Sequence record: MH719082.1
Source: Escherichia phage vB_EcoM_IME392
Strand: one strand, 5' to 3'
Length of the DNA: 64,000 nucleotides
The translations under genes were made by a program, and so were the position numbers. This document shows, piece after piece, positions 45,374 to 55,701 of the stretch. How positions within the stretch are numbered: the stretch's first letter is position 1; each line of letters begins with the position of its first letter. The notes beneath the pieces are model-generated. The model was not told the DNA's origin. It did not search any database and worked only from the letters and a program-made list of their open reading frames with translations.

Positions 45374-48139
45374 CTACTCTTCCATAAACGTAGTTACGTT
45401 ATTGGAAAGGTAGGCACCAATTTTAGTGTTATATCTCTGGAAGGTAGGAACATGGGTAACCAGGATGATGTGGTTAACCGGAATGTCCTGAAGAGCATCA
45501 ATAGCTACGTCCAGAGTATTTACGTCCAGATTTCGCAGAGACTCATCCAGAATCAGACATCCTGCTCCCTTACTGAGGCTAATCAGCTTACCGATGAACA
45601 GTACGTCCACCAGGTTCTGTTGGCCACCAGACAGATCAGCATACGGAATTAACAGATCTCCAACTTTGTATTGAACATCGAAGTCAATCTTGATAGCTCC
45701 GTTAGCCTGTTCACGAACAGTAGAAATTACCATATCTCCACCAGTCATCATAGCAGCTACTTCTTTGAAGATAGAAGCAGTTACATCGCCGCTATTAGTG
45801 AACAGGCTCTGATACTCAACCAGTTTCTGATACTTAGGCTGGAGAATAGCCAACTGCGCATTAGCATCGTCGAGTTTCTTCTGAGCCTCGTCCATACGAG
45901 TCTTCAGACTACGAAGAGTAGCCATAGCGCCGATGGTAGAGTTGATCTCGATTAGCTCCTGCTCCAGCTTAGCCACTTCCTCTTCGAGAACCTGCACGGA
46001 AGGATAGGACTTAGTCTTACTCTTAAGCACTTCCACGTCGCTATTAACGGTATGGATCTTCTGACGAAGAGTAGCCACATCGTTCAGCAGACCGGACTTA
46101 CGTCTTAGTTCGGCTAATTCACTATTCTTAACGTTAAGCTTCTCTCTGAGTTCATCAGACTTAGGAGCCTTACTGATCTCAGCCTCGACAGCATCCAGCT
46201 TAGTAACAGATGCAGATCCTTGGGTTTCGAGATCATCCATCTTAGCTCTGATAGACTTCTCTACTTCTTTAATGTCCTCTTCCTTAAGGGACTGCTTACA
46301 GGTTGGGCACGTAGTAGGGATGTTGCGCATCTCGGTCTCGAGCTTAGTTAACTCCTTCTCTAAGCGAGTTAACTCATTAGTCAGAGATTCACTCTGATTA
46401 TGCAGTGACCGGATGTTACCTTCTACTTCAGATACCTCGGCATCCAGAGTAGTGATTTCGTCCCGGACCTTAGCGAGAGCGGAGTTAACCTCCTCTTCGT
46501 TAAAGTCAATCTTGAACGCAGCCAGAGAATCTTCCAGCATCTGGAGACTCTGTAGCTTACTGTCCAGATTACCCAGCTCACGGATCTTCTGACGAATATC
46601 ATCAATCTGTGGCAGGATTCGAGACTTATCTTCTTCCAGATTACTCACGTCCTTAAGTTTGGAGAAGTCGTGATCCTCCATGGTCTTAAGGACTTCTTCC
46701 TGAGCAGTTACCTGGGTCTGATAGTTACTGATCTCTACCTTACAGTTCTTAGCCGAGGCCTTTGCGACAGCTTCGTACTGGTTAATTACGGTAAGACCGA
46801 GCATCTTCGTGATCAGGTTAATACGTTCGTTGAATCCGAACTGGCTCAAGAACGGAGGACTATTCTGGGAACGATACAGAAGATCGAAGTGTTCGAGGAA
46901 TGGCAACATCTCCCAGAGCTTAGCTTCACGCTCTCGGATACTACCACCATCCATCTCATCACCATCAATCCAGACTCGGAAAGTCTGACCACCAGCCCAA
47001 TGGCGACTGATCAGGAATTCACGACCACCATACTCTAGCATCACTTCTACCAGAAGATGGTCTTGACCGCGTCTCACCACGTTACGAGGACTGTCGCTAC
47101 CAGTTAAGCAGTAGTTAAGAGCTCTCAGCAACGAGGATTTACCGTTACCAGTTTCGCCGTAGAGATAAGTAAGACCTCGCTTAAAGTTAAGCTCCAGCTT
47201 ATCAATACTGCGGAAGTTCTCTACCTTAATACTATTCAAGGTAAAGTTAAGGTCGAAGACCGACTCGGAACGATCAACGTGGGTAGACATCTCATCATGG
47301 ATATCTTTAAGACCCTTTGCCCGAACGACTTTGTCGATTACTTCTTCAACATCGATAGATTTAACTGAGATGCGTGAAGCATCCATCATCTGAGCTCTTT
47401 CACGAACTACCAGATGAGGGTAATTATCCATACCGGCAGGTACTTCATCTTCCCAGTACATCTTGAGGTATTTGTAGGAGTCAGACTCTACCGGAACCCG
47501 CTGCCAGGAAAGATCTTTAAGATCCAGCAGCACCAAGCTACCGTCCTGACAGTCACCCATCCCGTGAGGAATAGGTACGTTAACCGAGTGGGTATGACCG
47601 ATGCTGATAGGACGATGGATGTCACCAGCAAATCCCAGCTCATACTTAGTATCGTCGAACTCCTGACCAAACATAGAGGACAGAGTAATGTGGCCAATAA
47701 GGACATCTACTTTATCTTCGATAAAACTGAAGTCCTGGGTAGGACGCCAGTCGCTAAAGGCGACCTTACGGCCACCTAAGTTCAGGATTTTACCATCGAC
47801 ATATTCTGCCTTACCAGCGAGGATCGGCACCAGTGAGTTCTGGTAGTGATCAGCATCTACTGATTTGGAGTTAATGTCGTGGTTACCCAGAATATAATAA
47901 ATCTCGGTAAACTGCTCACCGAGGATCTCCATAAACTGGGATGTAGCGTGTGCAATTTTAGGCTCATGCTGAGCCTTATGCACTAAGTCGCCAGCGATAG
48001 ACAGACAGGTTACTTTATGTTCCCTGCCCATCTCCGCCATACGATGAGCTAAACCGATAAACTGCTTTAAGCGAAACCCTTCCGAGTTATGCTGCTGAAA
48101 TTCATGGATATGAATATCAGCTACGATCAACATTTTCAT
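45374..48139 (-). CDS. fused SbcD/Mre11-like nuclease and SbcC/Rad50-like ATPase
   Basis: N-terminal metallophosphatase motifs (DIHIHE, GDLVH, GNHD, GHTH); then Walker A GETGNGKS, coiled coils with CPTC zinc hook, signature LSGGQQ and Walker B ILDES in one 921-aa ORF. Confidence 0.8.
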   Translation of the reverse strand: MKMLIVADIHIHEFQQHNSEGFRLKQFIGLAHRMAEMGREHKVTCLSIAGDLVHKAQHEPKIAHATSQFMEILGEQFTEIYYILGNHDINSKSVDADHYQNSLVPILAGKAEYVDGKILNLGGRKVAFSDWRPTQDFSFIEDKVDVLIGHITLSSMFGQEFDDTKYELGFAGDIHRPISIGHTHSVNVPIPHGMGDCQDGSLVLLDLKDLSWQRVPVESDSYKYLKMYWEDEVPAGMDNYPHLVVRERAQMMDASRISVKSIDVEEVIDKVVRAKGLKDIHDEMSTHVDRSESVFDLNFTLNSIKVENFRSIDKLELNFKRGLTYLYGETGNGKSSLLRALNYCLTGSDSPRNVVRRGQDHLLVEVMLEYGGREFLISRHWAGGQTFRVWIDGDEMDGGSIREREAKLWEMLPFLEHFDLLYRSQNSPPFLSQFGFNERINLITKMLGLTVINQYEAVAKASAKNCKVEISNYQTQVTAQEEVLKTMEDHDFSKLKDVSNLEEDKSRILPQIDDIRQKIRELGNLDSKLQSLQMLEDSLAAFKIDFNEEEVNSALAKVRDEITTLDAEVSEVEGNIRSLHNQSESLTNELTRLEKELTKLETEMRNIPTTCPTCKQSLKEEDIKEVEKSIRAKMDDLETQGSASVTKLDAVEAEISKAPKSDELREKLNVKNSELAELRRKSGLLNDVATLRQKIHTVNSDVEVLKSKTKSYPSVQVLEEEVAKLEQELIEINSTIGAMATLRSLKTRMDEAQKKLDDANAQLAILQPKYQKLVEYQSLFTNSGDVTASIFKEVAAMMTGGDMVISTVREQANGAIKIDFDVQYKVGDLLIPYADLSGGQQNLVDVLFIGKLISLSKGAGCLILDESLRNLDVNTLDVAIDALQDIPVNHIILVTHVPTFQRYNTKIGAYLSNNVTTFMEE

Positions 48140-48993
48140 GCCGACTCCAGTATCTTAGCCGTAACGGATCTGTTATATTTACCCAGTACACCATGGAAGT
48201 ACGGAGGGAATCTGAATCCTGGACAGAACTCTTCCAGAGTAGGTAGGATGCGCTGTTGCATCTGTACCTTAGACTCCTGTTCTTTAATGATGCTGTGGAC
48301 TTCTGTATCGGTTAGGATTCTGTCTAGACGCATCAGTTCCATATTAGAACGAATACGGAATTCAACCGATTGGCTTAAGCTACCATCTTTGTAGGCATTA
48401 ATCGCCTCCTTAACAGTGCTTAATCCAGTAGCCACTCCTGGAATGTTGTCGGAGCCGTCCCCGACGATGGCTTTGTAGATGAGATAATCCTTATGATCGT
48501 CCAGATCGTAGGTCTTCATTAACCAAGGAAGATCCACTAAACCATCGTCAGGATTTAAGACACAAGTATTCTCATTAATTGATAAGTACCAGTCACGGTC
48601 ACGAGAATGCAACATAACCGGACGTCCTGAATGAGCATAGTAGTAGCCTAAATCATCGGCTTCCACACCAGACACCTGGATACACTTAATACCCAATGCT
48701 GGGAAGATCTGCTCATGAAGTACATTCATAGCAGCCCACAATGCCTCAAAGCTCTCGTCATACTCACGATTAGCTTTATACTCCGGATTCTTATCTTTAG
48801 GCCTGTATCTCCACTTGCCTCGATCATATAGCATGATTAGCTCGGAGTTATATCCGTCTTCCTTAATCAACTTCGCTACACTACCAATAGTGGAGGAGAC
48901 CGTAGGACCTAAGTCCTGGGACTTACCGGCTGCGAACCAGTTACGAAGAGTCAGCCACTGACAATCGACTGGTATTAACGGGATGTCATTCAT
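48136..48993 (-). CDS. 5'-3' exonuclease / flap endonuclease
   Basis: GDGSDNIPGV helix-hairpin-helix motif typical of FEN / Pol I 5' nuclease family. Confidence 0.7.
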   Translation of the reverse strand: MNDIPLIPVDCQWLTLRNWFAAGKSQDLGPTVSSTIGSVAKLIKEDGYNSELIMLYDRGKWRYRPKDKNPEYKANREYDESFEALWAAMNVLHEQIFPALGIKCIQVSGVEADDLGYYYAHSGRPVMLHSRDRDWYLSINENTCVLNPDDGLVDLPWLMKTYDLDDHKDYLIYKAIVGDGSDNIPGVATGLSTVKEAINAYKDGSLSQSVEFRIRSNMELMRLDRILTDTEVHSIIKEQESKVQMQQRILPTLEEFCPGFRFPPYFHGVLGKYNRSVTAKILESA

Positions 48994-49019
48994 AGTCTAC
49001 CTAGAGCGTCAAAAATAAA

Positions 49020-49033
49020 GGGACCGAAGTCCC
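49020..49033 (-). terminator. intrinsic terminator (UUCG-tetraloop hairpin plus U-tract)
   Basis: GGGAC-UUCG-GUCCC followed by UUUAUUUUUG, after SSB-like gene. Confidence 0.6.
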
Positions 49034-49045
49034 TTTATTAGTTAA

Positions 49046-50056
49046 TTAATTTTTACGGAACTTGGCGAAACGGGAAGCTGCACCACCTTCTTCCTGACCT
49101 TCGTCAGACTTATCTTCGCCGGCATCTTCGACTTTATCTTCAGACTTCTCTTCGGACTTAGTTTCAGATTTATCTTCACCAGCTTCGTCAGACTTAGCCT
49201 GATCTTCGGTAGGCTCGGACTTAGCGTCAGACTTAGTATCTTCAACTTTATCGTCTGATTTAGCTTCTTCAGCCTTAGCCTCTTCCTCAGCTTTGAGCTC
49301 TTCGAAGCCATCTTCACCAACTAACGGCAGACCCTTAGCCTTACGCTGGGAGCGAATTTCGTCCAGATCTTTACGGACACGCTTAACCAGACCTACGTAC
49401 TTATCTTTATCGAAACCTTCACGAATATAAGCCTGAGACAGAGGCTGGTAAGTCTGATCCACAACTACCGGATCAGCTTTGCTGAACAGCGGAGTGAAAG
49501 TTACAGATCCCTGGTTACCACGTACCACGGTAATTTTAACCGGAGATCCTTTGACGTCTTTATCCAGCATACCTTCCAGAACTTCTGGAGAGTCTTCCGC
49601 CAGCGCCGTAATGAAGTCGGTCAGTGCGTTAGCCACTTTACCGTTACCGATCACCGCATACAGAGTATTCGGCTTCCAGTTATCAGACGGAGTGTCGGTT
49701 TTCTGCAGGAAGAAGTAGAACAGGATGTTGTACTTCAGACCGTATTTCCAGTGATTGTACTCATTCAGCTCTTCGAGCATGTCATCCAGCTCGGCATAGT
49801 TGAAGTTCTCAGGAAGATCTTCACAGTCAGACGGAGTCTGAATACCATAACTGAAGTAACCGTGAGTACGGACTTCGCGATACAGGTTACCGACAGGGTC
49901 AGTGATGATACGACCCTGATGGCTACCTTCTGGTAAGAACGTAGCATTTGGGAAGTTACCGGTACCGCCGGACTTCTCTTTACGTTCTTTCATTTTACCT
50001 GCGAGGGCTTTGATACCGGCTACGTCTAACTTCTTAACTTGAGTTTGTTCAGTCAT
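49046..50056 (-). CDS. putative ssDNA-binding protein with acidic low-complexity tail
   Basis: Position between nuclease and helicase genes; long acidic C-terminal region; terminator downstream; no diagnostic motif. Confidence 0.35.
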   Translation of the reverse strand: MTEQTQVKKLDVAGIKALAGKMKERKEKSGGTGNFPNATFLPEGSHQGRIITDPVGNLYREVRTHGYFSYGIQTPSDCEDLPENFNYAELDDMLEELNEYNHWKYGLKYNILFYFFLQKTDTPSDNWKPNTLYAVIGNGKVANALTDFITALAEDSPEVLEGMLDKDVKGSPVKITVVRGNQGSVTFTPLFSKADPVVVDQTYQPLSQAYIREGFDKDKYVGLVKRVRKDLDEIRSQRKAKGLPLVGEDGFEELKAEEEAKAEEAKSDDKVEDTKSDAKSEPTEDQAKSDEAGEDKSETKSEEKSEDKVEDAGEDKSDEGQEEGGAASRFAKFRKN

Positions 50057-50117
50057 CTTTGTGATCTCTATTTAAACAATGTTTCAACAATCATAATCAG
50101 AGTTGCCCTCTGACACC

Positions 50118-50148
50118 TTAACAGCCTTTCGACCCTCCAAAAGAGCGG
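50118..50148 (-). promoter_or_regulatory. 31-bp conserved intergenic motif
   Basis: Upstream of SSB-like gene start at 50056. Confidence 0.5.
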
Positions 50149-50152
50149 CGGA

Positions 50153-51193
50153 CTACACTTTACGCAATCGATCTATCATTTTAGCACGATGCTGCTCTTC
50201 TGTATTGATGATCGAGTACATACGAACCAACACTGACGGATCATTATCCACTCTGTTAGCCAACTTATCCAGAGCTCCTAAGTAGATACTGGTTTCTTCC
50301 TTGATTACCTTACGGACTGAGTCAGCGAAGGTAAATCCAATACTGTCTGGGTCGAACGTAATACCGTCCAGCATCACAGCCAGCATGACATTATCCTGGA
50401 AGATATCTGACTTAATGGAATCCAGCACGCTATTCTTGCGCACTGCTTCCAATATAGAAACTACCTTAGATACCTTCGGGAACCCTTTCCGGCCATTTAG
50501 TAATTCCAGGAAGGTAAAGAACTTGCCTATGTCTTTGATAGATGTGAGCAGCAGAAACAGTTCCGGATGGTGCTCTGCTAGGATCGACAGAAACATCATC
50601 TTCTCTGTATTCGTCTTAGGAATCAGATCCTGTATCGCTTTAATATCTACGTCGGTCACGATTGCTCCCATGTGTTCGAGTATGCGAGTCACGATGATCC
50701 TGTCTGTAAGATCAAGATGCTCGACCATAACCACTCCCCAGTCTAAATATAGCTGGATGATAGGTTTAAATCGTTTAGGGAGGAACTGATTCCAAAGATT
50801 AACATAGCGATGGACAGCTACCTCCTGTCGCACGCTGTAACTATTGCCTAACTCCAGAGCCTTGTAAAAATCTGAGTTCTCGGCTAATTCGGGTTCTAAC
50901 ATGTCGATCGATACTTGCTTTACTTCTTTCTTAATTATCGATTCTAGATGATCCCGAGTAACTTCTTCTGTAGTAGTTAACAGCATGTAGGTCAGGCTGG
51001 TTACTGCAGAAGATAATGCCTCTTCGGTCTGTCCTCTGAATTTATAATAAGTACACACCCGTCGGACGATCGCCAGGGATAGGGTGAATAGGGTACGAGA
51101 ATCCCTCTTCACTGAATTAATTTCCCTATTCACCAGTTCCACTAGCTTATCGACGGTAGCGTTCTCGAGGATCTCTACCATCTCTTTTATCAT
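50153..51193 (-). CDS. hypothetical protein (346 aa)
   Basis: ORF track. Confidence 0.5.
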   Translation of the reverse strand: MIKEMVEILENATVDKLVELVNREINSVKRDSRTLFTLSLAIVRRVCTYYKFRGQTEEALSSAVTSLTYMLLTTTEEVTRDHLESIIKKEVKQVSIDMLEPELAENSDFYKALELGNSYSVRQEVAVHRYVNLWNQFLPKRFKPIIQLYLDWGVVMVEHLDLTDRIIVTRILEHMGAIVTDVDIKAIQDLIPKTNTEKMMFLSILAEHHPELFLLLTSIKDIGKFFTFLELLNGRKGFPKVSKVVSILEAVRKNSVLDSIKSDIFQDNVMLAVMLDGITFDPDSIGFTFADSVRKVIKEETSIYLGALDKLANRVDNDPSVLVRMYSIINTEEQHRAKMIDRLRKV

Positions 51194-51417
51194 TTAAATA
51201 TCTTCCTTAAGCCAGCATCTGGATCTCCTTCGTCAACCAGATCTTGCTTCATGCTAACAGCATCATTGATAGATATTTTGAACTCCTCGTCTGTTACACG
51301 AGTTATAGTTCCGTACTTACTTTCTATGGAATTACCTGGGCTGATGGAACTAAGCACCATGAATACCATAGCTTCGTTGGGCAGGGTACCTACGATATCG
51401 GACAGCTTTACACTCAT
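51190..51417 (-). CDS. hypothetical protein
   Basis: ORF track. Confidence 0.4.
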   Translation of the reverse strand: MSVKLSDIVGTLPNEAMVFMVLSSISPGNSIESKYGTITRVTDEEFKISINDAVSMKQDLVDEGDPDAGLRKIFK

Positions 51418-51420
51418 ATA

Positions 51421-51870
51421 TTACCCCATACTTGATAAAGAGATAGACTTTTCGTCTAGTTCGCATACCTCCATGATTAAAATCAGGTATTCGTAATTAT
51501 CTTTATCGTTTATTAGTTTATCCATATTTAAGGTGATGGTGAACCGATCATCTATGCTAATAGCTTCCTTGACAGCATCTTCCACTGCTTTAATTAGGTT
51601 AGATACGTCACGAGTCCAGAATGACTGGCTAAACGAGAATATCATCCTAATATTCAGCATCACAGGCTTACCTTTATATACCAGGAAGTCTTCACGAGCT
51701 CCTTGCATATCTAGGGAGGATTTAACCCACTCTTTAAAGTCCTTGATGCTGGGGTCGAGATAGACCCATGATCTTCCTCCACGAGCCCTCCCGACTTTAT
51801 ACATCTCGTTTACGGAGGGGAAGTTCCCTCCGTATTGCAGCAGGTAGTTATGAGTTCCTAATACTTCCAT
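51421..51870 (-). CDS. RusA-like Holliday junction resolvase
   Basis: FPSVNEMY...RDVSNLIKAVEDA...DDRF pattern resembling RusA PPSxN...RDLDNLxKAxxDA...DD. Confidence 0.45.
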   Translation of the reverse strand: MEVLGTHNYLLQYGGNFPSVNEMYKVGRARGGRSWVYLDPSIKDFKEWVKSSLDMQGAREDFLVYKGKPVMLNIRMIFSFSQSFWTRDVSNLIKAVEDAVKEAISIDDRFTITLNMDKLINDKDNYEYLILIMEVCELDEKSISLSSMG

Positions 51871-53129
51871 TAGTTCCTCCGGCCACCTCTGCCACCATAA
51901 GTCTGCATACGTGAGTATACATCACGACCGATCTGCTCGATTTCACCATGAGATCGCATAATCCATGGAGAACTAACTCCATCTTTACCACGACGGCATT
52001 TAGCTACTTTCAAGATCCCGCAGTGTTTCTCACTACGAGGACTCAGACCTACGGTTATCATCATATCCACGTTCTGCTGTTTACGAGCAGACTCACCAGC
52101 CGAGTCGATATTCAGTTCTTCCTCGCCCCAGTATTGAATCTTAGGCTGGGAAGCAACGAATACCAGACGAGCAGGTTCGTAGATAGGTTTAGCAATAGAT
52201 GTAAGTATGTCATAGATATGACCACCATCATCATACATGCTACCAGTTTCAGGACGCTTAAGGTTAGAGTCATAGTCGACTACCAGACAGTCATAGCGTT
52301 TCTTACCGCGGCAACTATCCAGATACTCTTCCAAATCTTCAGCACCTAAGCTACGAGACGGAACCGTAATCAGATCGATATAGTTCAGGATCTCACGAAC
52401 GTCGTCGGTGAGATGTTTATTAAGTTCGGCAACTACCTTGGCATAAGGAGTACCGGTGATCACTGCCGTAGCACGAGATAGGAAGTCATAGCGAGTTAAG
52501 TCTCCAAGAGCTACCCATAACGTGCGGCGACCCTGTGTAGCAAATCCGAGGACTTCCTGTAGCATGATAGCAGACTTACCACCACCAGGACGACCTACGA
52601 ACTGAATTACCTGACCAGGAATATAGCCATTGAATACTGATGCTTCAGTAACCACATCCAGAGTAGACTGGAATACGCCATCTAAACCACCGATGTCATG
52701 CTCCATTACAGTATCTACATCCAGACCACCCAGAGTATGTACCGGAATAGTTGAAGTAAGACTACGAGGAATCTCGCGAATCATATCAATCAACATTCCG
52801 GTATCTTCGGAGTTAGCCTTCATGATCTCGGTCAGTTTACGTTCCTGATAGAACTTGAAGAAGTTATTTACAATCTTCTCTATTTCTTTAGGATCCGTAA
52901 CCAGACGGAAGTTTTCAGCTAACTCCACAAAGTTAGATATGTCCTCGGCAGGACATATTTCACCAAGTATCGAATGAATTACAGCTGGGGTAGCATCCGG
53001 TAACTTAATACCGGACTCCACGAGGGCTCTTGCAATCTCAGTAGACCAGGGAAGATCATTAATAGTGAGTCCCATAGACTCTTTGATCTTAGGGTTAAAC
53101 AAACTTGCTACGTGTGTGATCTCTGACAT
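51870..53129 (-). CDS. DnaB-like replicative helicase (RecA-fold ATPase)
   Basis: Walker A GRPGGGKS after a ~170-aa N-terminal domain; Walker B-like VVDYD. Confidence 0.55.
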   Translation of the reverse strand: MSEITHVASLFNPKIKESMGLTINDLPWSTEIARALVESGIKLPDATPAVIHSILGEICPAEDISNFVELAENFRLVTDPKEIEKIVNNFFKFYQERKLTEIMKANSEDTGMLIDMIREIPRSLTSTIPVHTLGGLDVDTVMEHDIGGLDGVFQSTLDVVTEASVFNGYIPGQVIQFVGRPGGGKSAIMLQEVLGFATQGRRTLWVALGDLTRYDFLSRATAVITGTPYAKVVAELNKHLTDDVREILNYIDLITVPSRSLGAEDLEEYLDSCRGKKRYDCLVVDYDSNLKRPETGSMYDDGGHIYDILTSIAKPIYEPARLVFVASQPKIQYWGEEELNIDSAGESARKQQNVDMMITVGLSPRSEKHCGILKVAKCRRGKDGVSSPWIMRSHGEIEQIGRDVYSRMQTYGGRGGRRN

Positions 53130-53138
53130 TTCTATGTC

Positions 53139-54779
53139 CTATTTGCGAAATGATACCTTAGCGTGACTGATTACTTTCAGTCTACTTTTAATAGTTTCCA
53201 TCTTGGACTTCATCTGCTTATTCAGCATATAGTTATGCTTATCGAAGAAGAGTCCTACCTTAACTGCATCACCACGAGCCGAACGACCGATCGTCTGAAT
53301 TACGCTCTTGTATGACTTACCAGTTAATGGTATAATAGAATCTAAGTTAGGGATGTCGATCCCTTCGGTACCTACGGATGTAGTAATCAGCACTTTGAAT
53401 GCTAAATCCTGAGCTAGTTCCTTGAGTTCATCAAGTCCCAACCCATCCGCTTCGCCTACAGGTGTCCAAACTACCGAACTCGAGAAGAATACAGTATCAA
53501 TTCCAATAGCATTCAGATTCTTAGCGATCTGAACACCATCCTCGACCTGCACCATCGGGATATAGGTTATTCCTTTACCACCGAATACTTCATTATAGGT
53601 TCGTTTAATAGCCTCAGCAGTCATCATGCTACCCATATGCAGGTACAAACTACCTAACATATACTCGGGTCGCTCTTTCTGATACTTGGCAATAACAGAT
53701 CTGTCTTCTGACATCTCAACCAGTATTTCTGTCAACTCTACCGGAACAGGTAGGTCGTGCTCAATAATGGATGGTCCGCAATATGCTAATACAGCCATCC
53801 CTTTACTTGATGCTCCGAACTTAAATCCTTCTACGAGTAAACTGACGCCTTCCAGAGAATCTCCGGTAGCCGTAGTTCCCCAGATATACTCGGGATCAAT
53901 TAGTTCGGTAAGTCTCTGCCAACCAGATGCAGAGAAGTGGTGAGCCTCGTCGGCTATAATACAGTTTACCTGTTTAAAGAACTCGGCATACTCACCTTTC
54001 TTGTATTTATTAGTTCTCTGGAGTCCAGCAGGATTAATAACGTTAATCGGGCTATTTACATCCAGATCCCACGGAATAGTTACCCCGTACTTCTCAGCAC
54101 GTAGAATAATCTCTTCCTTAACTCTGTTAGCGAAAGTATAGATTAGTACTTTCTCTGTCAGACCCGCTTCCAGTACAGATTCGGCAGTACCGATCAGCAG
54201 TTCTGTCTTACCAGCACCGGTATATAAGCCAATAATTCCGAACTTAGAGTGGCAGATAGCATCTGCTGCACTCATCTGAATTTTACCCTTCTCTGGCTTA
54301 GGGTGATTCTGATAGATATCTATCCATTTCTGGCTAAAGTTAAATGCTGGATCTTCCAGACTATTATCGAACTGGGTAGGATCATCAGCAGTAGCGAACG
54401 CTGTAGCTCCTGGAATTACATCAGCTCCAGAGTTAATCAGCTGATATAACATCTGACCGACGCCTAATTGGCAGTTAACCTCTCCAGAGAATAGACTCGT
54501 ATATTTAATTTCTTTACGAGTCGGTAACATTCTCTTCATCCGCCAATTGTATTCCATAACATCTTCGATGGCGGTAGCGAACATGTGAATCTGTTTCAGA
54601 GCTTCCTGATCGTCAGCCGTGATCTTGCACAGCATACGAGGCTCGCGAGTAAAATGTACATTGTACGTTTTACCTACAGACTCGTTCTTAATCTTGGCCA
54701 GTTCCATGCGGATAGCTTTAGACACATCCGGATTTACTTTAGCCTTCTTACCTACAAGATCCTCTAGCTTTACAGACAT
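53139..54779 (-). CDS. SF2 DEAH-box helicase (UvsW/Res-like)
   Basis: Walker A GAGKT, DEAH box IIADEAHH, motif VI TIGRSARG. Confidence 0.6.
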   Translation of the reverse strand: MSVKLEDLVGKKAKVNPDVSKAIRMELAKIKNESVGKTYNVHFTREPRMLCKITADDQEALKQIHMFATAIEDVMEYNWRMKRMLPTRKEIKYTSLFSGEVNCQLGVGQMLYQLINSGADVIPGATAFATADDPTQFDNSLEDPAFNFSQKWIDIYQNHPKPEKGKIQMSAADAICHSKFGIIGLYTGAGKTELLIGTAESVLEAGLTEKVLIYTFANRVKEEIILRAEKYGVTIPWDLDVNSPINVINPAGLQRTNKYKKGEYAEFFKQVNCIIADEAHHFSASGWQRLTELIDPEYIWGTTATGDSLEGVSLLVEGFKFGASSKGMAVLAYCGPSIIEHDLPVPVELTEILVEMSEDRSVIAKYQKERPEYMLGSLYLHMGSMMTAEAIKRTYNEVFGGKGITYIPMVQVEDGVQIAKNLNAIGIDTVFFSSSVVWTPVGEADGLGLDELKELAQDLAFKVLITTSVGTEGIDIPNLDSIIPLTGKSYKSVIQTIGRSARGDAVKVGLFFDKHNYMLNKQMKSKMETIKSRLKVISHAKVSFRK

Positions 54780-54781
54780 AA

Positions 54782-55321
54782 TTACTCCTCTTTACTCTGG
54801 TAAAGTAACTGGATATCTGCCGAGTTCTCGACATATTCCTGAGCTATTCGAATAGCTCTAACGACCATAGCCTTCTCTCCCCAGCTTAGGAATTCTGGGG
54901 TAGCAGCCATCTTAACTACTAACTCGCGAGAAAGATCTTCGATACACTTAATCTTGTTCGAGACCTTAGGGAACGCAAGTCTATTATTAATAGTTATACG
55001 ATCAGCAGGAATCTGGGTGAAGGTCTCGCTGAATAGTCTATCGAAATCTCCGATATTTAATTCAGTGAAATAACCCTTACCCTCTTCTGTATCGAATATA
55101 CCATGAACAACTACTTCTTGTCGAATAGATACATTTAGTAAGTACTTCGAGTTCAACAAGATAACGTAGATGCTCGAATAGCTCCGAAGATCTCGTTTCC
55201 ATGCTGATAGGGACTCAGTAGGTGATCCCTTGTATTCTACTCCCGAATTCAGAAGCATCTTACAAAATGGGTCTAGGCTGTTAATTACTACAGTACTCAT
55301 TGTATTCTCCTCACGTGCCAC
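54782..55321 (-). CDS. hypothetical protein
   Basis: ORF track. Confidence 0.45.
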   Translation of the reverse strand: MAREENTMSTVVINSLDPFCKMLLNSGVEYKGSPTESLSAWKRDLRSYSSIYVILLNSKYLLNVSIRQEVVVHGIFDTEEGKGYFTELNIGDFDRLFSETFTQIPADRITINNRLAFPKVSNKIKCIEDLSRELVVKMAATPEFLSWGEKAMVVRAIRIAQEYVENSADIQLLYQSKEE

Positions 55322-55323
55322 AG

Positions 55324-55355
55324 TTTAACAGCCTTTCGACGCTAATTAAAGGTGG
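55324..55355 (-). promoter_or_regulatory. 31-bp conserved intergenic motif (variant)
   Basis: Immediately upstream of start at 55321; overlaps stop of 55346-55657. Confidence 0.45.
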
Positions 55356-55657
55356 TCTTTAACAGTTCCCAGGATAGCTTCTCTGGTGTGGATTAGGCCA
55401 GATCGATTAATCTCTACTTTGGTGGTAGTCACCATTTCGAATACTTCCAGCTCAATACCAGGATGAGCCATGCATGTATGAATCAATACAGACAGAGCAT
55501 CATCATAGCTGGGATAACCAGTGGCATATTTATGATTGTCGTTCCACAGGCGGTCGGTTGCATGCCTGCGTTCGCTGATGTAAGATATCTTACCTTCTTT
55601 CATCCGGCCTACATAATACTTAGCTTCGGAATTATCCGAAATATGTAACGTTTCCAT
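55346..55657 (-). CDS. hypothetical protein (103 aa)
   Basis: ATG at 55657 with AGGAGA RBS; ORF-track start at 55696 is over-extended. Confidence 0.5.
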   Translation of the reverse strand: METLHISDNSEAKYYVGRMKEGKISYISERRHATDRLWNDNHKYATGYPSYDDALSVLIHTCMAHPGIELEVFEMVTTTKVEINRSGLIHTREAILGTVKDHL

Positions 55658-55701
55658 AATTTCTCCTAATGGGGAGTTTTTACCTCCCCCGAGCAAAGGT
55701 A

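Noticed and set aside
49042-49320. 92-aa ORF overlapping the 3' end of the SSB-like gene
   Set aside because: Alternative frame through the low-complexity acidic-tail coding region; Lys/Ser/Leu-rich artefact of repetitive sequence.
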